Origin: Octopus sinensis
Lineage: Eukaryota
Length of the DNA: 6,919 nt
Assembly (NCBI RefSeq): GCF_006345805.1
Contig: NW_021829857.1
Coordinates: 1-6,919, forward strand
Direction of reading: 5' to 3'
The translations under genes were made by a program, and so were the position numbers. The notes beneath the pieces are model-generated. The model worked only from the letters and a program-made list of their open reading frames with translations, did no database searches and was not told the origin of the DNA. Positions 1-6,364 of the stretch are shown in pieces; position 1 is the stretch's first letter; each line of letters starts with the position of its first letter.

Positions 1-71
1 AAACTAGTAGTAACCTTCAGCAGCCACTTTGATGTGCTGACTCACTTTACTTCCTGAGATTTTACATAACT

Positions 72-97
72 ACACACACACACACACACTATAACGG

Positions 98-137
<40 letters not shown>

Positions 138-153
138 GTCTCTCTCTCTCTCT
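72..153. repeat. Compound microsatellite (AC)9 then (CT)n/(ATCT)n/(CT)n
   Basis: Read directly: (AC)9 at 72-89; CT/ATCT runs at 98-153. Confidence 0.95.
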
Positions 154-220
154 ATTTATTATGTAATGAAAGAAAGGACATGACCATCATGAAATACAAC
201 TGTAGTGATCCTATACAACA

Positions 221-605
221 GCGCGCGCGCGCAACGCCCTCTCGCGAATACACAAAGTCCGGAGGAGGGAATTTTGCTGATGTGGCCTTAGCTTATGGAG
301 GCAAGGGAGCGCGAGCCTTAACAAAGAGGCAAGGGAGCGTAAAGCGTTGACCATTAGCGTCCGACAGACAGCGGCAGGCTTTTCATAGAAGCAGACGTTT
401 AATTCGCTCTCTCTCCGGTTGATAGCAGCAGTCTTTTGGCCGAAGACTTTTAACCTGAATTGTTGCAGTCAACATCATCTTCCTCCGGACGCCATTTTTG
501 ACCGTTCTGTTTTTAGCACTGAACATTGTAAATATTACAATCGATTAACTTCAGTCTTGCGCGCCCAGAACCAAGGACATCGGATATACCACTGATTTCT
601 CACCG
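221..605. promoter_or_regulatory. CpG-rich, promoter/5'UTR-like segment
   Basis: Much higher GC and CpG content than the rest of the window. (GC)6 at 221-232, TCTCGCGA at 240-247, YY1-like AAAATGGCG on the - strand at 490-498. No TSS evidence is available from sequence alone. Confidence 0.35.
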
Positions 606-827
606 GTATAAAACAATAAAGTATATCTATTTTACGTCTGCGTTGTGTTTCTTTGACTGGTAGAGTCTGGATATAAAAGCAACGGAAATGATTGCACCAC
701 TTGCACCCCAAAAGTGCAAGAGGAGATATTCACATATTCCCTACACAACAATGTCTCTTTCAACACGCAACTTCACATGAAGATCCGGCAAAACAAATGC
801 ATATAAGTATGCCTGTGTCTGTGTGAA

Positions 828-955
828 TCTTTTATCTTTAACGTGTTTCAGACATTAGACTGTGGCCATGCTGGAGCAACACCTTGAAGAATTTCTAGTC
901 GAAGAATTGAACCCAGTACATCTTTGTGTTAAGCCTTGTATTTATTCCATCGATC
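828..955 (-). mobile_element. 3' tail fragment of an octopus-type SINE
   Basis: The reverse complement reads ...gtactgggttcaattcttcgactagaaattcttcaaggtgttgctccagcatggccacagtctaatgtctgaaacacgttaaaagataaaaga. It aligns by eye with the SINE tail at 6480-6575 (gctccagcatggctgcagtcaaataactgaaacaagtaaaaga). Confidence 0.8.
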
Positions 956-1050
956 CCTCCATATAGTTCCTTCTTTTTCACTCGCTCATCCTCTCTCTCT
1001 CTCTCTATTTCTAACAAACTGAGTCACAATGCAAATATTTCCTTCAGGCA

Positions 1051-1422
1051 TTACACAGTATAATGTGTGATTTAAAGGGATTTGACTGCTATTTCTGCAA
1101 GAGAAAATATCGATACAACTATATTCACAGATATACAAGAAGTGACTCCCAGACCTCAAAATGAATTATAGTTCCTCATCCACGCCAGAAATTTTAAGGG
1201 GACGGGTTAAATCGACATTTACCGAAAGGGGTCTAGTCACCAGATAGGGGTCCTGCATGGCCTCATCAGACACACATAAGAGAGTACGCTGTAATTAATT
1301 GGTAATTGCAACGAGCCTACTTTCATTGCAGATAATCCCCTCAAATATTACACAGTATGATGTGTGATTTCAGGAGATTTGACTGCTATTTCTAGAAGGA
1401 GATGTATTAGTACAACTATATT
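1051..1422 (+). repeat. Pair of diverged 75-bp direct repeats (1051-1125 and 1348-1422) containing the TTTGACTGCTATTTCT motif
   Basis: ttacacagtataatgtgtgattt..atttgactgctatttct..tacaactatatt vs ttacacagtatgatgtgtgattt..atttgactgctatttct..tacaactatatt; equal length. Confidence 0.8.
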
Positions 1423-1482
1423 GATATATATTATTGTTGCTATGGTGTGTGTGTTTGTGTATGTGTGTGTGTGTGTGTGTAT

Positions 1483-1694
1483 AAGTGGGGAAATTGGTAG
1501 AATCGTTGCCATGCTGGAGGAAATGCTTTATCGCATTCCGTACAGCTTCATGTTGTGAGTTCAAGTTCTGCCTCGGTCGATTTATCCATTTCATCGTTCC
1601 AGGGTCAATAAATTAAGTACCAGTCAAATACTAAGGATGAAGTAATTGATTAGTTGTCCACATTAATTGCAGGCCTTGTGCTAATAGTAAAAAG
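1483..1694 (+). mobile_element. Diverged tRNA-derived SINE, same family as 4985-5203
   Basis: A-box-like tggtagaatcg, B-box-like gagttcaagtt (1557-1567), body agggtcaataaattaagtaccagt and end caggccttgtgc. All are collinear with the copy at 4985-5203. Confidence 0.85.
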
Positions 1695-1696
1695 TG

Positions 1697-1713
1697 AATT
1701 AGAGAGAGTGAGA

Positions 1714-1746
<33 letters not shown>

Positions 1747-1782
1747 GTAGATAGATCTCTTATAGTATGTGTGTGTGTGTGT
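1697..1782. repeat. (GA)n/(GAGAGAGT)n and (GT)n microsatellites
   Basis: Read directly. Confidence 0.95.
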
Positions 1783-1784
1783 AT

Positions 1785-1866
1785 AAGCCGATGAGGTGAC
1801 AGAATCGTTCACACGCAGGGTCGTTGGAGTCAATTAGTTGCCTCTACTAGAATTCCAGGCCTTGTT
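1785..1866 (+). mobile_element. Internally deleted SINE (head fused to tail)
   Basis: Head gatgaggtgacagaatcgtt resembles ggtgagctggcagaattgtt. It is followed almost directly by tail ttggagtcaattag...caggccttgt, like ttggagtcaat...caggcctcgt at 5132-5186. The B box region is missing. Confidence 0.55.
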
Positions 1867-2015
1867 TTCTTTAGACAAAGAATGATCACATATGTGTATG
1901 GTAGAAGAGAGGGAAGTCTCCATGGGTGCCCTGGGACTGAATGTCGATGTGGGTGAAGATACAAGGAAAATTTCTGATCCCAAATTCTGAGAAGAAAAGA
2001 GAGTAACAGACAAAT

Positions 2016-2150
2016 GGATGGATGGATGCTGTGAGATTTGGCTGTTATTTCTTGCAGCAGGTCTACTGTACATTAAGCATTGATACGTTATATATTTAGA
2101 TTGTTTTTCTGCATCCTTCTCTCGTTTTCTGTGTCCATCTTTGCATATAT
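2016..2150 (+). repeat. Dispersed repeat copy, homologous to 6790-6919
   Basis: gtgagatttggctgttatttct...cattaagcattgatacgttatatatttagattg vs gtgagatttggctgctatttct...cattaagcattgaaacattctatatttaaatg, both followed by a pyrimidine-rich tract. Confidence 0.7.
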
Positions 2151-2931
2151 TTTGCTAAACTTTCGCTGTTGTTTCTAGCATATGAAATGTTGCAGTTCAT
2201 GGACCTGTTGTATTGGATTGTGTCGTGTGACAAATAGGTGTACAATTTATAAACTGCAATTAATTTCAGAAGAACAGTAGATCGGAGGGGCATTTAGCTG
2301 CTATTTCAAACAACTCTAGCTATCATGTACACTTCAGCTTTCATCAGCTAATATATAAATATGTATGGAGTTAGAAGAGACGGTATGATGTTGTTTCAAC
2401 GTAGATTTGGCTGCTATATCTAGCAGCTCTGGCATTCGTTTGCATTTTACACATGATTAATTAAATTTTCTCATTAAATTAAACTTTAGTTTGCATTTAA
2501 GTATTACAGTGAAATTAATACAACAACCAAAACTAGTTACAAACACACTCTTAAATATGCTAGAAACAGCAGCTATATAGAAGTATTTCATGTTTTTTTA
2601 CACAGTTTCCTTTCCAAAAACGTGTGTCTACGTAAAGTTTGTGCTTCAGTACAAGAGACTGAGTGAATATGTATAGGGGATGGGGGTCGGTTTTCTGAAA
2701 TAAAATCTGTGAGACTGGTGCCCCTAAATCAGCATAAGCAACAAGGGTATGGATGTATTCGGCAGAGGAAGGAATGGAAGCCACATTTAGGAGAATATCT
2801 TTGCATCGTTTAGGAGTGTGTGAGGGAAGACGACAGGGAACAAATGAATGGATTGATATCTATGTATATACATTTGTACTTATATATTATATATCTCCCT
2901 CCATCTAACTATACAACATGCATTCACATAC

Positions 2932-3093
2932 AGGTGTGGCTGTGTGGTAAGAAGCTTGTTTCCCAACCACACACTCGGGGGTTCAGTCTCACTGTATGAC
3001 AACTTGGACAAGTGTCTTCTACTACAGCATCTGGCCAACCAAAGCCTTGTGGGGAGAATTTGGTTGGCGGAAACTAAAAGAAGCCCATCGTAT
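2932..3093 (+). mobile_element. 5' half (tRNA-like head) of a second octopus-type SINE family, ending at its internal (TA)n microsatellite
   Basis: A-box-like tggctgtgtgg and B-box-like ggttcagtctc (2980-2990). Body ...caaagccttgtg...cggaaactaaaagaagcccatcgtata matches my recollection of an abundant Octopus SINE. Confidence 0.85.
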
Positions 3094-3133
3094 ATTTATA
3101 CCCATACATACATACCATATATATATATATATG

Positions 3134-3164
<31 letters not shown>
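3094..3164. repeat. (TA)n/(TATG)n microsatellite
   Basis: Read directly. Confidence 0.95.
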
Positions 3165-3269
3165 ATTTGGTGATACTAGTTGTGGGTTCTAGCTCGCTCT
3201 GATACTGAGTTGAGTTGGTGCCTTCTAGTATCTCAAAATTCAATATATAATCATTTATGATTATAGTAT

Positions 3270-3362
3270 TCTACGCTGAAGAGAAAAGAAGTTTGGGTAA
3301 GGTAGAATTATCTAATTCTTATGCTTTCCTAAAAACTTGATTTCGAAACGTGCGTCCGTAGA
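3270..3362 (+). ncRNA. Type I hammerhead ribozyme with extended stem II; predicted cleavage after GUC, between 3356 and 3357
   Basis: Stem I UCUACG (3270-3275) / CGUAGA (3357-3362). Core CUGAAGA at 3276-3282. Stem II 3283-3344 is closed by GAAA/UUUC (canonical G-C next to the core), with AAGUUU/AAACUU and AGAAUU-aucu-AAUUCU. GAAA at 3345-3348; stem III AC-GUGC-GU; triplet GUC at 3354-3356. Confidence 0.9.
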
Positions 3363-3856
3363 TAACTTAAAATTGTATGATAGATTGCCGTCAATTCATT
3401 CTCTCTTACCTGTTTGTGTCTGCCTTCCAATTGCTGTGTTTTTACTGAGATCTCCCTTTTAGTAGAAGAAAAAGCTATAACTCTTTGACTGCTATTTCTA
3501 AATTCGGTCTGTGGTAAGGGAATTCGTTGCTAAACCCTTTATTGCTTAGTATTACTTAAATTTTCCTCGAATGAGGCTTTTACATGCCGAAGACTACTTG
3601 GTGTAATTGATAATTATTCCAAATTAATTAATTTCACCCTTCATTATTACGGATAACCATATTTTATCTCAGTAGATGACCACAGCATCTTGTTTTGGCT
3701 ACACGCGGGTGGGAAGGGGCTGGTGACACAATCTTTTCATTCACACTTTGAATTTGGTGATACTAGTTGTGGGTTCTAGCTCGCTCTGATACTGAGTTGA
3801 GTTGGTGCCTTCTAGTATCTCAAAATTCAATATATAATCATTTATGATTATAGTAT

Positions 3857-3949
3857 TCTATGCTGAAGAGAAAAGAAGTTTGGGTAAGGTAGAATTATCT
3901 AATTCTTATGCTGTCCTAAAAACTTGATTTCGAAACGTGAGTCCGTAGA
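3857..3949 (+). ncRNA. Second copy of the type I hammerhead ribozyme; predicted cleavage between 3943 and 3944
   Basis: Same architecture. Stem I UCUAUG/CGUAGA keeps pairing through a U-G wobble. CUGAAGA at 3863-3869, GAAA at 3932-3935, GUC at 3941-3943. The stem III loop is GUGA instead of GUGC. Confidence 0.82.
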
Positions 3950-4194
3950 TAACTTAAAATTGTATGATAGATTGCCGTCAATTCATTCTCTCTTACCTGT
4001 TTGTGTCTGCCTTCCAATTGCTGTGTTTTTACTGAGATCTCCCTTTTAGTAGAAGAAATAGCTATAACTCTTTGACTGCTATTTCTAAATTCGGTCTGTG
4101 GTAAGGCAATTCGTTGCTAAACCCTTTATTGCTTAGTTGTGTGTATAATATATATAATATATATAGATATATATATATATCTATATATAAATAT

Positions 4195-4515
4195 AAATAT
4201 TATTCGAGACAAAACCACTATTTTGCCAAAAAAACAAGGAAAGACTTAATTAATACATAAAATTTTAATAAATAGTCAAAAAACCGCCACTACAATCGTT
4301 TCTTGTCTTGATCGACAATCTTCAGGTGGACTTCCAATAATTCAGTGTCAAATTATGAAGTATTATGTATTAAAATTTTATGTATTAATTAAGTCTTTCC
4401 TTGTTTGTTTGCCAAATAGTGGTTTGTCTCGAATAATATTTTAATATTTTACTATAAAATCGATTTAATCCTAAATCTGATTTTTTCCCTCTAAATTTGG
4501 ATTTATTCCCTAATA
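4195..4515 (-). mobile_element. Fold-back element: ~75-bp inverted arms (4195-4270 / 4368-4441) around an HHR, plus an ~75-bp asymmetric tail
   Basis: Left arm aaatattattcgagacaaaaccacta...cataaaattttaata is the reverse complement of right arm tattaaaattttatg...gtctcgaataatattt (76 vs 74 bp, about 2 indels and 2 substitutions). Flanked by (TA)n on both sides and duplicated at 5287-5612. Confidence 0.8.
4287..4329 (-). ncRNA. Minimal type I hammerhead ribozyme; predicted cleavage after GUA, between 4291 and 4290
   Basis: The - strand reads CCAC-CUGAAGA-UUGUC-gaucaa-GACAA-GAAA-C-gauu-GUA-GUGG. This gives a 4-bp stem I, an intact core, a perfect 5-bp stem II, a 2-bp stem III and an NUH triplet. 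Confidence 0.87.
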
Positions 4516-4574
4516 TTTATTATTTTATAATATATAATATATTATATATATAATATATATATATATATAATATA

Positions 4575-4610
<36 letters not shown>

Positions 4611-4703
4611 AATAATATATATAATATATACTATATATATATATAATGTAATATATATATATATATATGTATTATATATATAATATATATATATATAGAT
4701 ATA

Positions 4704-4777
<74 letters not shown>

Positions 4778-4778
4778 A

Positions 4779-4820
<42 letters not shown>

Positions 4821-4832
4821 TATATATATATA

Positions 4833-4863
<31 letters not shown>

Positions 4864-4984
4864 ATATATTTATATATATATATATTATAATATATTATAT
4901 TATAGATATATATATATATTATATTATAATATATATATATATATATATATATCACACACACACACACACACAACACACACACAC
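4516..4984. repeat. Long degenerate (TA)n tract (~435 bp) followed by (CA)n
   Basis: Read directly; source of the spurious YI-repeat ORFs. Confidence 0.97.
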
Positions 4985-5203
4985 AGGTAGGTGAGCTGGC
5001 AGAATTGTTAGTGCACCGGACAAGTACTTAGCGCTGTTTCACCTGTCACTATATTCTGAGTTCAAATTTCGTCAGGGTTAACTTTGCATTTCAACCTTTC
5101 AGGGTCAATAAATGAAGTACCAGTGAAACATTGGAGTCAATCTTATCAACTCGACACCCCCCCCCCCGCCAAACTTTCAGGCCTCGTGCCTATAGTACAA
5201 CAG
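4985..5203 (+). mobile_element. tRNA-derived SINE, octopus type, apparently full length
   Basis: A box tggcagaattg (4997-5007), B box gagttcaaattt (5058-5069), body agggtcaataaatgaagtaccagt, C-run and caggcctcgtgcc end. Confidence 0.88.
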
Positions 5204-5231
5204 ATATATTATATTTGTGAGTGTATATATC

Positions 5232-5286
<55 letters not shown>

Positions 5287-5290
<4 letters not shown>

Positions 5291-5612
5291 AAATATTATT
5301 CGAGACAAAACCACTATTTTGCAAACAAACAAGGAAAGACTAATTAATACATAAAATTTTAATAATAGTCAAAAAAAAAACCGCCACTACAATCGTTTCT
5401 TGTCTTGATCGACAATCTTCAGGTGACTTCCAATAATTCAGTGTCAAATTATGAAGTATTATGTATTAAAATTTTATGTATTAATTAAGTCTTTCCTTGT
5501 TTGTTTTGCAAATAGTGGTTTGTCTCGAATAATATTTTATAATATTTTACTATAAAATCGATTTAATCCTAAATCTGATTTTTTCCCTCTAAATTTGGAT
5601 TTATTCCCTAAT
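5287..5612 (-). mobile_element. Second copy of the fold-back HHR element (arms 5287-5364 / 5464-5541, plus tail)
   Basis: Near-identical to 4195-4515; the differences are short indels, mostly in homopolymer runs. Confidence 0.8.
5383..5427 (-). ncRNA. Second copy of the minimal type I hammerhead ribozyme; predicted cleavage between 5388 and 5387
   Basis: The - strand reads GUCAC-CUGAAGA-UUGUC-gaucaa-GACAA-GAAA-C-gauu-GUA-GUGGC. Core identical to copy 1; stem I can form 5 bp with one U-G wobble. Confidence 0.85.
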
Positions 5613-5670
5613 ATTATTATTATTATATATATTATATAATATATATATATATATTATATATATATATATG

Positions 5671-5741
<71 letters not shown>

Positions 5742-5742
5742 A

Positions 5743-5795
<53 letters not shown>

Positions 5796-5875
5796 TAATA
5801 TAATATGTATATATAATATATATATATAGTAGATATAATATATATTATATAATATATATATATATTATATATATA

Positions 5876-5929
<54 letters not shown>

Positions 5930-5952
5930 TATGTATATATATATATATACTG

Positions 5953-5983
<31 letters not shown>

Positions 5984-5986
5984 TAT

Positions 5987-6043
<57 letters not shown>

Positions 6044-6069
6044 ACACCACACACACACACACCACACAG
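5613..6069. repeat. Long degenerate (TA)n tract followed by (CA)n (duplicate of 4516-4984)
   Basis: Read directly. Confidence 0.97.
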
Positions 6070-6289
6070 AGGTAGGTGAGCTGGCAGAATTGTTAGTGCA
6101 CCGGACAAAGTACTTAGCGCTGTTTCACCTGTCACTATATTCTGAGTTCAAATTTCGTCAGGGTTAACTTTGCATTTCAACCTTTCAGGGTCAATAAATG
6201 AAGTACCAGTGAAACATTGGAGTCAATCTTATCAACTCGACACCCCCCCCCCCGCCAAACTTTCAGGCCTCGTGCCTATAGTACAACAG
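6070..6289 (+). mobile_element. tRNA-derived SINE, duplicate of 4985-5203
   Basis: Identical by eye to 4985-5203 except one extra A (gacaaagt vs gacaagt). Confidence 0.88.
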
Positions 6290-6364
6290 ATATATATATA
6301 TGTGTGAGTGTATATATCTGTGTGTGTGTATATATATATATAATATATATATTCATGTGTGTAT

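Larger units (their letters stand above)
3165..4137 (+). mobile_element. Retrozyme-like / Penelope pLTR-like element: two 386-bp HHR-bearing direct repeats with a 201-bp spacer
   Basis: 3165-3550 and 3752-4137 align without gaps at offset 587. There are 5 substitutions: 3274C/3861T, 3326T/3913G, 3353C/3940A, 3472A/4059T, 3520G/4107C. Each repeat carries a complete HHR core. Flanked by TA/TG microsatellites; no ORF. Confidence 0.75.
4195..6350. repeat. ~1.09-kb tandem duplication (fold-back HHR element + (TA)n + (CA)n + SINE + (TG/TA)n), two units
   Basis: Offset is 1097 at the HHR and 1085 at the SINE. Even the linker tgtgagtgtatatatctgtgtgtgtg is repeated (~5216 and ~6303). Both boundaries fall in (TA)n. 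Confidence 0.9.

Noticed and set aside
285-343. CRISPR-like or iteron-like array
   Set aside because: Only two imperfect units, no spacers, and a eukaryotic context.
1263-1269. CUGAUGA on the - strand
   Set aside because: No stem II hairpin followed by GAAA and NUH with a matching stem I; not a hammerhead.
2341-2347. CUGAUGA on the - strand with a GAAA ~35 nt downstream
   Set aside because: No convincing stem II, no U to pair with the last A of GAAA, and no stem I complement.
2595-2640. Possible small exon after ttttttacacag
   Set aside because: Splice-like signals occur by chance in AT-rich DNA; no recognisable reading frame.
1364-3243. The remaining 64-82-aa ORFs in the track, and 6217-6429 and 6523-6714
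   Set aside because: They overlap SINEs, MITEs or microsatellites, or have non-canonical starts; no recognisable domain.
3165-4137. Classical LTR/TRIM interpretation of the direct repeats
   Set aside because: No TG...CA termini, no primer-binding site after repeat 1, and no TSD. The purine-rich run at 3707-3719 ends ~32 nt before repeat 2 rather than abutting it.
5069-5075. CUGACGA on the - strand, also in the 6070-6289 copy
   Set aside because: It is the antisense of the SINE B-box region; stems I and II do not form.
2932-5203. tRNA genes at the A/B-box-containing heads
   Set aside because: No cloverleaf can be drawn and the boxes continue into SINE bodies.
4578-6067. ORFs rich in YI repeats (4578-4982, 4667-4864, 4782-4994, 5084-5347, 5865-6065, 5882-6067)
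   Set aside because: They are translations of (TA)n/(TG)n microsatellites, which lack stop codons in most frames.
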